The position numbers and the translations under genes are program-made. A stretch of DNA of 64,000 bases from Syntrophobacterales bacterium Delta_02 (GTDB lineage Bacteria > Desulfobacterota > Syntrophorhabdia > Syntrophorhabdales > Syntrophorhabdaceae). Shown here piece after piece: positions 10,536-20,778 of the stretch (the first letter of the stretch is position 1; each line of letters starts with the position of its first letter). A model generated the notes under the pieces. It saw nothing but the letters and a program-made list of their open reading frames with translations. It did no database searches and was not told the DNA's origin. The stretch covers positions 8 to 64,007 of the forward strand of contig LVAA01000062.1 of the NCBI GenBank assembly GCA_001603955.1. Reading direction: 5' to 3'.

Positions 10536-11129
10536 CTATTTTCTGGACCTGGACTTCGCCCCCGCTGCAAGAAAACCCTTCGCAAAAAGCCGGTACAAGG
10601 AATCGCCCAGTTCATCCATTGACATCGACCCCTCGGGATCATACCAGAGAGACGCCCACGTCACCATGCCGATAAGGACAAACGCCGCCGTCTTGATCTC
10701 AAAATCCCCCGCGGCAGGGTTTGCCTCTCTCAACTTCTCCCTGACAAACCCCGTCACCTCCTTACGCCTGGCCTTCGCCTCCTCCCACAGCGATGTCTCT
10801 GCGAATCCCCTGCTTATCAGAAAATGGACAACGTTCTTGTCCTGCAGGATCACGCGGCTCATATCGCGGACGAATTCCCGGAGGTCTTCCTCGGGGTCCT
10901 TTTTTGACCTCTTTTTCGTAAGCGCTTCCTTGATCCTTTCGTAGTAACGCACATCAACCTGGTTTAGCAGATCTTCCTTGCTCTTGATGTAGTGATAAAG
11001 GCCCGCAGCTGTCAGGTGGGTCGCTTCGCACAAATCACTTATCGATGTCGCCTCGTAACCCTTCTCGCAGAACAACCTGTAGGCAGCACTGATAACGTCA
11101 TCCAATCTGTTTCTTCTGTCTCGCGCCAT
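10536..11129 (-). CDS. TetR/AcrR-family transcriptional regulator
   Basis: 197 aa. N-terminal TetR HTH (YEATSISDLCEATHLTAAGLYHYIKSKEDLL). Confidence 0.85.
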   Translation of the reverse strand: MARDRRNRLDDVISAAYRLFCEKGYEATSISDLCEATHLTAAGLYHYIKSKEDLLNQVDVRYYERIKEALTKKRSKKDPEEDLREFVRDMSRVILQDKNVVHFLISRGFAETSLWEEAKARRKEVTGFVREKLREANPAAGDFEIKTAAFVLIGMVTWASLWYDPEGSMSMDELGDSLYRLFAKGFLAAGAKSRSRK

Positions 11130-11301
11130 TTTCCCCTCTTAATGCCAGACTCTCGATCAAAACCGTCCGCCTCGACGGCCTTACCTACCGAGTGTATGCT
11201 ATGTTATCACCCGAAAAAAAACCCGTCAATCGAAACATGACACTCTCGTATAGAATGCCGCTGTCCTGAGATCCGCCGACCGCCCCCGCCGTCGGCCTTC
11301 C

Positions 11302-11338
11302 GGGCGCGGCCTTACCGTGAACGGCAAAGGCCGCGCCC
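11302..11338 (-). terminator. GC-rich hairpin downstream of the PrpD-like gene (possible terminator, no clear U-tract on minus strand)
   Basis: 12-bp stem GGGCGCGGCCTT / AAGGCCGCGCCC (11302-11313 / 11327-11338). On the plus strand it is followed by TTCTTTGTT. Sits 23 bp past the stop of 11361..12710. Confidence 0.35.
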
Positions 11339-11360
11339 TTCTTTGTTACGGGGGAGTACA

Positions 11361-12710
11361 TCATAGGATTGATGCGAGTTCATCAACACCAATTGCGTCC
11401 AGCCTGTGAATCGCATCAATGAGTCTTGTCGTTCTTTCGCTCCCGAGATCAGGCATCGCCAGCGCCCTCAGCTTGCCGATAAGTTCCCGGACGGGCACCT
11501 CGTTCTCGGGTTCACCCCTGGGATAATCGATCCTGCCATGATACACCATCCCGTCCCCGGTGACGATCTCCGCTTCCGCGGGCCACTTATCTGGAAACTC
11601 CCTGTCCAACGCCGGGTCTGCCTCAACCGTCACTCTTGCCATCATCTTCCGAACAGCCTCATTATTGACCATCTCGTCGGTGAACATCGACGGATACACC
11701 GGTCCACCGCTGAGAAGTGCCACCGAAACAGTAAAACGCGAGCTCCAGAAGGCATCATCCCTGACAATCACTGTCGGCCGGTCGAGCCTGAACGCCTCTG
11801 AATACTGCCTGATTCTGATCTTTTCGATATCCTCGGGCCGTATCCGGTTTTCTACTACCATGGCCATAATCACGTCCGTGGGCGCCGCAAGGTGCCTGCA
11901 ACCTCCGTGAATCTTCGGAGCGGAATTGACTATCTTCCATTCCCTCCCGAGTCCCCCGGTAATAACGTGCCCGTCGTATGTCCCTACCAGCGCGGAGAGG
12001 AAACCGTCCGGTATGAAGCTACCTCCCTCCAGTATCGTGTCGGAACCCTTGTAGCCTTTCTGCGCCAGAAGAGCTGCCATGATCCCCGCTTGGCTGACCC
12101 TCCCGATGTTCAGCGATACGGCATCAAGATACCGGAATGCCTCACCCAGGCCCATGCCGGACAACGTCGCGATGGACAATGCGTCCGTTGTCATCTGCCT
12201 GTCAAAGCCGAGGAGTTTGCTGGCTGCGGCCGCGCTGCCCAGCGGCCCGATGACCCCGGTGGCATGAAAACCCTTGCGGCTGATCGCCGGGAACAGGGCC
12301 AGACCAACCCGAGAGAACACTTCGTATCCCAGCACAACGGCCGTGATAAGGTCCTTTCCGTTCACACCTGCCAGTTCCCCTGCGGCCAGCGCCGCCGGAA
12401 CCACCACGGCACCGGCATGGGAACCGCAGAACCGGTCTGTGTCCGAGATGTAGAATGATGAATAGCCGTTTACGAACGCCGTCCAGATTGCCGGCACCTT
12501 TCTGCCTTCGCCCCACAGCGTCGCCTCGGGGCTTCCTCCGAAACTGCTCACAAGGTCTACGAGTCGCCCGCTGTTTCCTTCATGTCTCCCCCAGTAAGAC
12601 CCGCCGATCGTATCCAGAATGTGCATTTTTGCCGCTTCCACGATATGCCCGGGCAGATCCCCAAAGGACGTTTCCGCTACAAGGCTAGCCAGTTCGCCTA
12701 CCAATGACAT
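11361..12710 (-). CDS. MmgE/PrpD-family protein (2-methylcitrate-dehydratase-like)
   Basis: 449 aa. Overall PrpD-family layout recognised from the translated sequence. Substrate unknown. Confidence 0.8.
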   Translation of the reverse strand: MSLVGELASLVAETSFGDLPGHIVEAAKMHILDTIGGSYWGRHEGNSGRLVDLVSSFGGSPEATLWGEGRKVPAIWTAFVNGYSSFYISDTDRFCGSHAGAVVVPAALAAGELAGVNGKDLITAVVLGYEVFSRVGLALFPAISRKGFHATGVIGPLGSAAAASKLLGFDRQMTTDALSIATLSGMGLGEAFRYLDAVSLNIGRVSQAGIMAALLAQKGYKGSDTILEGGSFIPDGFLSALVGTYDGHVITGGLGREWKIVNSAPKIHGGCRHLAAPTDVIMAMVVENRIRPEDIEKIRIRQYSEAFRLDRPTVIVRDDAFWSSRFTVSVALLSGGPVYPSMFTDEMVNNEAVRKMMARVTVEADPALDREFPDKWPAEAEIVTGDGMVYHGRIDYPRGEPENEVPVRELIGKLRALAMPDLGSERTTRLIDAIHRLDAIGVDELASIL

Positions 12711-12792
12711 TCCTTCCTCCTCTTACTTCATGCGCAGTTCAGCATCTTCGCCGGGTGTCCCGGCCTCAACGCCGGGCCACCCCTCTCCTCAA

Positions 12793-14094
12793 TCAGATCT
12801 TGACTTCGATAACCGGGAAAACAAAGTCTTCCGACAGACCTGAGAAGTCGGACATATCTTCCAGCAGAGCGCTGGCATGAGGTATCCTCTCCTGCTGGAC
12901 CGGCGTCGATGTGAGAAGCATATATCCCGGCTTGCCCGGTATCACGTTGTTATTCGTACAATAGTCCCAAATCTTCCAGTCATCGGCGACAAATTCGATC
13001 TCTCTTGTCTCCATATTGACACGGAAGAGCGGCCAGTACTTCTCTTTCCATTCCGCGACGGCCTCATCAGGCACCTCGTTCCCGTTCGACATGACACGCT
13101 GGAAGTACAGCCAGGGAGAGCCCGGGTTATACACATCCGCCTGGACCTCGGCCACGTAACTCGTGAGGCCCTTGACACCCGGAACGATGGTCTCGAAACC
13201 TTTCTGATCGCAGGGAACATCCGTCCGTGTCAGCTCAGCCTCCTCGATCGCATAGATCCCCGGAGTGGCGGGGCTGACAAATACGACCTTCCTCCCTGAC
13301 TCATTACTATAAATGGAAACCCCGTGAAGCCCATAAAAGATCTTCCTGTCAAGCCCTTCAAAGGCGGGAACAGCCCATTTGAACGGAATCAACTCCTTTC
13401 TGTTCTTATGGGTCCACCCGGAGAACCCGTCCTGCACGGTCCCGTCAGACAGGGTGATCGTCATGTCCTCCGGCCACGGCTGGCACCAGAAATCCCGGTG
13501 CGTAAAAGCAAGGGTCAGCTCCTCCGTTTCCAGGTCAAAGAGCCACATTACCCCGGCAAAACAGTCCGCCATGACAACCTTTTTATCATCAAGGAGATCG
13601 AACCCGGTGATGAACATGGCACCGTCCGGCCGGGTACCTTCAAGCACGTCCCTGAAGGGAACTGTGTTCGACGGCACCCTGGATTCCCGGACCAGCACGG
13701 CCTTCAGACCCTCCTCGCGGGAATATTCATAGTCATACCTGAGGATCAGCGCATCATGAAAACCTGCGATCTTGGGATATACTCCGTCAAGCAGGTACAA
13801 GGTCCCTTTTGAACCATCGCTGCCGATCTTCTCGTAATTTGCCAGTCTGAACTTGAAAGGCACGATATGGCCGCGGGCCGGCGCGGGGAACACCCCGAGG
13901 TCCTTCTTGGTCTCCTGATCGAACACCCGCAGCGACGCCACGGGGACCACCTGCCCGACGAAGAGGAGTGTTCCATCCCCCGCTATATCGTGGGCCTGGA
14001 CCCCGCTTTCGTCGAGTGTCAATATCGAATAGGGGCCGTTCACCTTCTCCTTCGCCGCCGCCCTGACGTTCACCTTCTTGCTAACGCTTTCCAT
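12793..14094 (-). CDS. Hypothetical protein, no recognisable family (beta-rich, propeller-like impression)
   Basis: ORF 12793..14187. The ATG at 14094 is preceded by a strong SD (AAGGAGG, 9-nt spacing). The alternative ATG at 14187 overlaps the activase stop as ATGA. Coding-like composition throughout. Confidence 0.6.
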   Translation of the reverse strand: MESVSKKVNVRAAAKEKVNGPYSILTLDESGVQAHDIAGDGTLLFVGQVVPVASLRVFDQETKKDLGVFPAPARGHIVPFKFRLANYEKIGSDGSKGTLYLLDGVYPKIAGFHDALILRYDYEYSREEGLKAVLVRESRVPSNTVPFRDVLEGTRPDGAMFITGFDLLDDKKVVMADCFAGVMWLFDLETEELTLAFTHRDFWCQPWPEDMTITLSDGTVQDGFSGWTHKNRKELIPFKWAVPAFEGLDRKIFYGLHGVSIYSNESGRKVVFVSPATPGIYAIEEAELTRTDVPCDQKGFETIVPGVKGLTSYVAEVQADVYNPGSPWLYFQRVMSNGNEVPDEAVAEWKEKYWPLFRVNMETREIEFVADDWKIWDYCTNNNVIPGKPGYMLLTSTPVQQERIPHASALLEDMSDFSGLSEDFVFPVIEVKI

Positions 14095-14183
14095 GTTACC
14101 TGACCTCCTTGGTTCTTCTCTCTCTTCCATATTCAAAGATCTGTTCAGGCCAGGGGCCGGGGAATCGGCCCCTGCCAGCCTGC

Positions 14184-14996
14184 TCATTTTCCGTTTCCCG
14201 AGATCTCATCCTCTTTCATCTTCAAGCCCAGCAAGGCCGCACCGAGGGCGCCCGTCCTTTGCGGTAATTCGGGGATGACCAGTCTTATCCCGAGTTTCTC
14301 TTCGAGGACCTGTCTCACCCCCAGATTGTTGGCAACCCCGCCCGTAAAGGCTACATCCTGCTCGATCTTAGGATTTCCGTTTGCCCGCCGTACTGTCTCG
14401 ATGACCCTCGTGACTATCGCCTCGCAAACCCCGGAGAGTATGGCATTGAGAGGCACCTTCTGCATGATCTTTGATATTACCTCGCTTTCCGCAAACACGG
14501 TACAGATATTGCTGATCTTGGCCCTCTCCGTCGCAGAGGCGACCACCTCTCCCCAATCAGGGAGCTCAATGCGAAGCGCCTTCGCCATGACCTCGGTAAA
14601 CCTTCCCGTTCCTGCAGCACATCTCGTATTCATTGCATAGTTCGTGATGCGACCTGTCTCATTAAGGATGATCGCCTTGCTGTCCTGGCCGCCTATGTCT
14701 ATGATCGTCCGCACCGAGGGACACATGTGGTGGACACCCATGGCATGGCACATGATCTCCGTTCGGCTTGCGTCAGCAAAAGGCGCACTGTACCGTCCAT
14801 ATCCCGTACTCACGATACAGCCAATGTCCTTTCTCTCAAGACCTGCCTCCCGCAAACCATCCCGCAGTAATCCGTCACTGAGCCCTTCTACGTCGGGAAT
14901 TGTCTCCGTACATATATAGCTCAGGACCTCCTTTCGGTCATCGATGATCACGAATTTGGCCGCTACAGAGCCCACATCTATTCCAACCGCGTACAT
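14184..14996 (-). CDS. BadF/BadG/BcrA/BcrD-type ATPase, activase of a 2-hydroxyacyl-CoA-dehydratase-type enzyme (HgdC-like)
   Basis: 270 aa. ASKHA phosphate-1 motif MYAVGIDVGSVAAKFVII, then DIGGQDSK and CAAGTGRF motifs typical of HgdC/BcrD-type activators. Confidence 0.85.
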   Translation of the reverse strand: MYAVGIDVGSVAAKFVIIDDRKEVLSYICTETIPDVEGLSDGLLRDGLREAGLERKDIGCIVSTGYGRYSAPFADASRTEIMCHAMGVHHMCPSVRTIIDIGGQDSKAIILNETGRITNYAMNTRCAAGTGRFTEVMAKALRIELPDWGEVVASATERAKISNICTVFAESEVISKIMQKVPLNAILSGVCEAIVTRVIETVRRANGNPKIEQDVAFTGGVANNLGVRQVLEEKLGIRLVIPELPQRTGALGAALLGLKMKEDEISGNGK

Positions 14997-15014
14997 GGCA
15001 TCACTCTCCCTCGT

Positions 15015-16322
15015 CTACAGCAACGTTTCGATGAAATTCGAGAGCTGCGACTTCATCCGCGCGTCATCCCAATCCCGCTCGTCCACGTAGTCGCTTCTCA
15101 TTTCAAACGTCGGAATACCGATATCCTGAAGGGCCTTTACAGTGAGCCGCATGGGACCGCTGAGCATCCTGCATGAATCCGCCACCTGGTAGATGGCGGC
15201 GTCTATCTTGCATTTTTTCGCCCAGTGTACGACCCACTGGGACCAGTAGGGGGGAAGCAGCCCCACTTCCGTGTACCCCACGTACCGTCCGGCAAGGGCC
15301 TTGATCGGGTCTTTCAGGTCGTACCGGAAAAGCTGCTGAACGATCGGCAGATAAACGGACCACACGAAAACAGCCCCGTACTGTTCTTCAAAGGCGTTGA
15401 AGAACCCCGGGGTGAACCACGTAGGGACGACCATGTGCATCAATCTGATCTTTTCATTGGGACATGCCACCAGTCCCTTGTCGACCCGGTCCTGCACTTC
15501 TTCGTACAGCGCCTTCGCGTGCTCCAGGCCAAGCCTGTGTCCCCTGAAGAACTGCGTGTTTATAACGTTGGGCATGTGGTCGGTCATGGTTATCGGGCAG
15601 GGCTTATTCGCCGTCAGTTCGAGGACCTTCCCGATGTATTCGAACTGCTTGTTGCTGTTTTCCATGACCTCTCTCAATTTTACCTCGCTCAGAGAGCGAC
15701 CGCAAAGGTTCTCCAGAAAGGATATGAGGGATTCCGTTTCCTTCATCTGAAAATCAAGCCTCGGTCCTTCCCTGTAACTCTCCGCCTCGATCTTTTCCTT
15801 CGTATCACACCAGATACCTTCAGGGATCTCGTAGGGAGCGGTCCGGTCGAAGACATAGATCGGGATGTTCAGCTCCTTCGCGATGAGCTCGTATATCCTT
15901 ATCTGGGGGTCGTCCGCGGCGTCCACCACTATGGCGGAGGGCTTCGGAACCCCTCCCCATGGCGCCTTGCTCGTGTCCTTGTCCAGGAAATAACCATACG
16001 GGAGGGCACAATACCTGCACAGATCCCTGAAATATCCGTGCTGGTTGAGGACATCCAGGTAATAGGGCGCCAGCTGTTTTGCCGATAGAAGGGCCGACCA
16101 GTGCAAATTGAATATGATGGGCAGGTCCATGGCATACATGATCTCATAGGGGCTGCCCACGTTCGTCCAGATGACCGGCTCACCCTCAGCCGCCCTCTGC
16201 CTGACCTCCTCGTAGTACTTTTTCTGAAAAGCGGTGATCGCCGCGGAGGCCTTGAGGAACTTGATGCTTCTCTCGCCCTGGAAGCCCTTGCTTTCCGTCC
16301 CTGCATAATGGTCCATCGTCAT
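15015..16322 (-). CDS. 2-hydroxyacyl-CoA dehydratase / BcrB-type subunit
   Basis: 435 aa. HgdB/BcrB-like by overall resemblance and size. Adjacent to the partner subunit and the activase. Confidence 0.75.
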   Translation of the reverse strand: MTMDHYAGTESKGFQGERSIKFLKASAAITAFQKKYYEEVRQRAAEGEPVIWTNVGSPYEIMYAMDLPIIFNLHWSALLSAKQLAPYYLDVLNQHGYFRDLCRYCALPYGYFLDKDTSKAPWGGVPKPSAIVVDAADDPQIRIYELIAKELNIPIYVFDRTAPYEIPEGIWCDTKEKIEAESYREGPRLDFQMKETESLISFLENLCGRSLSEVKLREVMENSNKQFEYIGKVLELTANKPCPITMTDHMPNVINTQFFRGHRLGLEHAKALYEEVQDRVDKGLVACPNEKIRLMHMVVPTWFTPGFFNAFEEQYGAVFVWSVYLPIVQQLFRYDLKDPIKALAGRYVGYTEVGLLPPYWSQWVVHWAKKCKIDAAIYQVADSCRMLSGPMRLTVKALQDIGIPTFEMRSDYVDERDWDDARMKSQLSNFIETLL

Positions 16323-16323
16323 G

Positions 16324-17466
16324 TTACTTGCCTCCTTTCAATATCTCGACGAACGCTTCGACCCTTGTCCGGAGCTGTTCGGGGTTATCCATCGTGTATT
16401 CCTGCATGTCAAAGGCAATGCTCGATATGCCCTCCTTCAGCAGGGCATCCCTCTGACCCGGATAGTGCCATCCGTGGCTGTCGTCCCATTTCAAGTAATT
16501 GAAGATAACTCCGTCGGCCCCGGCCGTTTTGGCGGTTGATACCACGTAGTCCAGGTGTTCCGACATGGGGTACATCCTTCCGTCATGGGATTTCATGTGG
16601 TACTTATCGGTAAGCGCATCCAGAAGCTCCAGCGAGGCATCCACGGGATCGTCGCTGTAACGGTCACCCGTGCAGACGTCTTCGGAAACAACCGTGGCCC
16701 CGCATGATTCGATAAGCTCATACAACTGTGTGTTGTCGATGATAGTCCCCGCCACATATATCCGCACCCCTTTTTCGGGTGCGGTGAGTCCTGCCGTTTC
16801 CTCCAGGAATTCCCTGAGCAGTTTGTTGTGCTCCTCCTTGGACATGAAAAAGGATGCCCCAATGATCTGCAATGCGTCCGTCCCGGAGAGCCGGGGAGGG
16901 TCAGATCTCCGCAGTTCCGTTACCTTCTTCAGAAGACGTCTGTTCTCGTTATGTACCTCAATCGCATCGAGGAGCGCCTGGTCGGTGATCTTCTTTCCCG
17001 CCAGTTCCTCGATCTTCTCCTTCAACGCGGCCACCCTCCCCCGCGTGTATGTATTCGCGATATACCTCTTGGTATGCAGGATATCAAAGAAGTACAGCGG
17101 GGGGAACTTCATCTCCGGGTGGTATTGCTTTTCCGTGCAGAGATAATAGTAACACCGTGACACGGAGTCATTCCCGTGGGGGAAGACCACGAGGTCCATG
17201 TACTCGTACTCGCCCCTCACGAATAGGTCGTGGACGGAACGCACGAAGGGACAGAAGTAGTCCTCCATGTACCGGTCCCCCTCTTCCGTGGGGACAGCGG
17301 GATTTCCCGTCACCATGATCGGCAGGAGCCCGGCAGCGGTTATAAGCTCTGTCGGCACTGTGGTGTAAAGGTATCCCACCACCTTGCCGCCCTTGCTTTT
17401 CCATTCCTGTGCCGCTAGATTTCGTTCGCGATAATACTTCTTGAGCTTTTCCAAGGCTGTCGTCAT
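16324..17466 (-). CDS. 2-hydroxyacyl-CoA dehydratase / BcrC-type subunit
   Basis: ORF 16324..17517. The ATG at 17466 (MTTALEKLKKYY...) has an AGGAGGA SD. HgdA/BcrC-like. Its stop lies 1 nt from the next gene. Confidence 0.75.
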   Translation of the reverse strand: MTTALEKLKKYYRERNLAAQEWKSKGGKVVGYLYTTVPTELITAAGLLPIMVTGNPAVPTEEGDRYMEDYFCPFVRSVHDLFVRGEYEYMDLVVFPHGNDSVSRCYYYLCTEKQYHPEMKFPPLYFFDILHTKRYIANTYTRGRVAALKEKIEELAGKKITDQALLDAIEVHNENRRLLKKVTELRRSDPPRLSGTDALQIIGASFFMSKEEHNKLLREFLEETAGLTAPEKGVRIYVAGTIIDNTQLYELIESCGATVVSEDVCTGDRYSDDPVDASLELLDALTDKYHMKSHDGRMYPMSEHLDYVVSTAKTAGADGVIFNYLKWDDSHGWHYPGQRDALLKEGISSIAFDMQEYTMDNPEQLRTRVEAFVEILKGGK

Positions 17467-17559
17467 TTGTGTATCCTCCTCAGTAATCAGTGCCTGCAAC
17501 TCCAACCAAACTGTCAACGCAGCGTGCTCCCGCGCAATCCTACTTGTGAAGGCATCATT

Positions 17560-18279
17560 TCAAAGCAACGTTCCTTCCTTGATCAGGCGGACCATAGTCG
17601 TGAAACTGGTACCGAATGCCACCGCCTTTTCCACTTCTTCCGGTCTGCTCCTGACCGCGTTCTTCTTGTGGCCCAAGCCCACGGCCTCGATATAACCGAG
17701 AACCTGCATGCCGAGAAAAACGGTGAACTGGTACAGGATCTTCAGGGTATCAACGGTAGGATCGAAGGGTTTCATGGCGTCGAGGACGTCCCTTATGTTC
17801 GAGGGCCTCTCCACAAGCTTCAGTTCCTTCACCATCCTTATGAGAGTTTCCGGTCTGGCCTTGTGGTTCACTTGGAAACTTTCCGTCGGCACCGCCGGCG
17901 GGGGATAGCCCGCGCCGACTATCAAGGCCACCGGTTTGCCCTCGAGACCTGATTCCCAGTTCGGATACACCAGGCTGTGCGTTCTGTCCATGAAAGCCTT
18001 CATTTGGGCCGTGACACTGCAGCAGTAAACCGGCGTCGACAGAACGATACCGTCACACGCCCTCATCTTCTCCGCTATTGCACCGAAGTCGTCGTTTATC
18101 TTGCAGATCCCATCCCTGTCGCAGCGGTCGCAGTCCGTACAGAACCCCACTTTCAACTTGCGCAACAGGACCTCCTCAACCTCTGCTCCGGCATTTCTTG
18201 CGCCCTCGCCGAATTGCTGCGCCAGAAAATGCGTATTGCCGCGAATGCGTGGGGACCCGATTATGCTGAGTATCTTCAT
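17560..18279 (-). CDS. Iron-sulfur flavoprotein / NADPH-dependent FMN reductase-like flavodoxin-fold protein
   Basis: 239 aa. Flavodoxin-like N-terminus MKILSIIGSPRIRGNTHFL and Cys cluster CTDCDRCDRDGIC as in Isf-type proteins. Confidence 0.75.
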   Translation of the reverse strand: MKILSIIGSPRIRGNTHFLAQQFGEGARNAGAEVEEVLLRKLKVGFCTDCDRCDRDGICKINDDFGAIAEKMRACDGIVLSTPVYCCSVTAQMKAFMDRTHSLVYPNWESGLEGKPVALIVGAGYPPPAVPTESFQVNHKARPETLIRMVKELKLVERPSNIRDVLDAMKPFDPTVDTLKILYQFTVFLGMQVLGYIEAVGLGHKKNAVRSRPEEVEKAVAFGTSFTTMVRLIKEGTLL

Positions 18280-18666
18280 ATCCCTTCTCCTTCGATTGGA
18301 TTAGCCCCGTCCCTTCTCCTCATTCTCGTTGCTGGCCAAGTGTTGACCGCACCTGCCGGGCACCGTTTCATACCTGCTGTACCCTGTGTGCAGGCTGATC
18401 TCCGCAACTCGATGGCCACCTTGCATCCTGCCAGGTCAGGGGTAATTTAGTGAGGGCCTTGCTCTTTTCGGGGTGTTTGTCCAAACAGTGTGGCAAGGGG
18501 CTCATCAAGTCACGGAGATAAACAACTGCCTCAGGTCCGGAAGCCGATACCTGTCGAAAACAGATCACGACTGTGTCGAACCCGTATTTCCTCATGCAAA
18601 AGTCTCTGTCCTTACAACGTTCTTCAGGTGTCTTCATTCTTGCACTGCCTTTTCCCGCAAAACCTG

Positions 18667-19222
18667 TCAGCCTTTCTGTGCGGGCCGATAGCCGTGTTTA
18701 GTGAACATTGCGCTACTTTGGTTGTACCCGCTACGAAGGAGCATCTTTGCGTATTCTATTGCCGTAATACGCGGTTCAATAACGGGCACAAGAACCCCAT
18801 TTCGCAGAAAATGATCTTTGTTCCGCGTATGCACGCACCATCCTCTGCGTGGCGAAAGCGGAATCCCTGTCGGGTTCCACGAGCACTATCTTGTCGCCCA
18901 GAGTGGAGGCAACCGCAAGGGTCGCCTCCCCGGGGCCTATTACAGGGAAAGAGACAAGTTCCCTCGCCGCTATCAGCCCGGGGTCTCCAAACCACCCGAC
19001 AATCGCCGCCCGGTATCCCTGCTTCTCTCCCTCGACAATCCTTTCTACTATTCCCGGAGTGTTATGCTCGACATCGGCATACCTTATCAGCGGATGTTTA
19101 CCTTCATCTATACCCACAACGTCCACGCCCGTCTGTTCATAATACTGCCTGGTCAGCGTAATCACGTCTGCTGGTTCGACAAACGGTAACACCATAAGTA
19201 TATCCCTCATATCTCGCCTCAC
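18667..19222 (-). pseudogene. Asp/Glu/hydantoin racemase family pseudogene (internal deletion plus frameshift)
   Basis: The 148-aa ORF 18776..19222 carries the N-terminal racemase half (GWFGDPGLIAARELVSFPVIGPGEA) and stops at ...AEQRSFSAKWGSCARY. A different frame over 18667..18810 encodes a family-typical C-terminus (NGVLVPVIEPRITAIEYAKMLLRSGYNQSSAMF). The central segment of roughly 60 aa is missing. Confidence 0.6.
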
Positions 19223-19233
19223 TCACGCTGAAT

Positions 19234-20700
19234 CTATTTCGCCTTCGAAAATGCTTCTATCGACAGATCACGCCTGTCCCAGAGGGCCGGAAGGGCGTAT
19301 GACTTGATGAACATGGAGTGTTTATCCACATAATCCCTCTCATGATTGTATGCGCTCCATGCGAAGGTGCCCATTTCCGGATACCACCCGTAGGTGATGT
19401 CGAAGGTTCGATAGAGGCGACCCTTCTGATCGTAGTTCTCCACGTGGTAGAAAAGAAACGTTTCTTTGTCGATATAAAAGATCCTCTTACTGTAAACATA
19501 GTTGGGATCCTGCTGCGTCATCTGGACCACATAGACCGGCCTGCGCTCGAACCTCACATTGCGTATCTCCCATTTGTCCTTCTCGGAAACATATTCGGCT
19601 CCGTCTATACTCGCGGCAGGGATGAGATATTCCCTTTCTCCTATCAGTTCGTACTTGTATGGATAGACAGTGGGCGATATCTTCTGAAAGAAGCCCTCAT
19701 TGTCATCGTATATCAGGTCGAGGCCGCCGACAGCATCCTGTGTATCGGTGGAGGTCAGTTTCCTTACCCTTCTCAACGAGGGCACGTAGGCCATCATCGA
19801 GTCTTTCTTGTTCGGGTCCAGATAGGTCAGCAGATATGTGGTGAGTCCCGCCATATCACGGGGATATGCAAACGAGAACAGGTACGTCCTGGATTCGCCC
19901 CGCTCCTGTGCCCTTTTGTCATACCAACCCTTGGGTCCTATCTCTCCCGATCGGCCGGCAAGCATGGCGTAGCGAACCTCGTGTCCACCCCAGTGGTCTA
20001 TTGCATGGTTCTTTGTCACACCGATACCATGGTTCCAGAGGACATAGCTGCCTCCCCACCCCAGGTACCGCTTTTCCATGTTGTAGATCACCTGCTGTGC
20101 CTTGAATTTTCCCGACGGTTTCGGGAAGGGGTATCCTCCCTGCCATGAAGCCTGTACAAGGTATCCCTTGTCGTCAAGTTTCGCCTTTCCCTGGTTTGCC
20201 CTCGTCATTTCCGCAACCGGAGTGTTCCAGTAATACTGGCGCGTTGGAATTATCTCAAATTGCGACATGTTGCCGCAGAAGGGAGGCGCGCCCGGTGCCA
20301 TCCGCTCGTATTGGAGGGGTATCAACAGCTCCTTGAACCCGGCGTCCTTCTGCACGTCCTTGTAAGTGTATTTCCCCGGTTTGATGTGGGGAGCAACCTT
20401 CCCTACCACCTCGGGCGCCTTGAAACCCACAATGGCCGCCCAGTCCTTCTTCATCTTCTCAACGTCGTAGACCAGTTTTGCGTAAAACTCTTTCGGAAGC
20501 ACCTGCTTGGGTCCCAGCGTGGTAAGCAGGGGACGCGGATCGTCCTTCCAGTTCTTGTGTTTCGCTATCGTCTGATACGCCCCACCCGGGAAGTATGTCT
20601 TGGGGTTAGGATACTCGAACCCGGCGGCAACCGACGCCATCAGGCAACACGCGGCAAATACCGCAAAACTGCACATAAGCCCTATTCCTGCACGTTTCAT
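19234..20700 (-). CDS. DUF1329-like (LolA-like outer-membrane lipoprotein-sorting family) periplasmic protein
   Basis: ORF 19234..20772. The likely start at 20700 gives a signal peptide (MKRAGIGLMCSFAVFAACCLMASVAA). Family assigned by resemblance and by the conserved partnership with a DUF1302-like barrel. Confidence 0.6.
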   Translation of the reverse strand: MKRAGIGLMCSFAVFAACCLMASVAAGFEYPNPKTYFPGGAYQTIAKHKNWKDDPRPLLTTLGPKQVLPKEFYAKLVYDVEKMKKDWAAIVGFKAPEVVGKVAPHIKPGKYTYKDVQKDAGFKELLIPLQYERMAPGAPPFCGNMSQFEIIPTRQYYWNTPVAEMTRANQGKAKLDDKGYLVQASWQGGYPFPKPSGKFKAQQVIYNMEKRYLGWGGSYVLWNHGIGVTKNHAIDHWGGHEVRYAMLAGRSGEIGPKGWYDKRAQERGESRTYLFSFAYPRDMAGLTTYLLTYLDPNKKDSMMAYVPSLRRVRKLTSTDTQDAVGGLDLIYDDNEGFFQKISPTVYPYKYELIGEREYLIPAASIDGAEYVSEKDKWEIRNVRFERRPVYVVQMTQQDPNYVYSKRIFYIDKETFLFYHVENYDQKGRLYRTFDITYGWYPEMGTFAWSAYNHERDYVDKHSMFIKSYALPALWDRRDLSIEAFSKAK

Positions 20701-20778
20701 CGCTTCCTTCCTCCTGATTATCTTGATATCCACATGTATCTTCATGGCGGATCCTTCTGTCTCCTCACGCACATCCTG

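Noticed and set aside
18368-18637. 89-aa minus-strand ORF between the flavoprotein gene and the racemase remnant
   Set aside because: It has no SD and no recognisable family. I first considered it the missing racemase C-terminus, but that is encoded in another frame at 18667-18810. It is probably non-coding debris.
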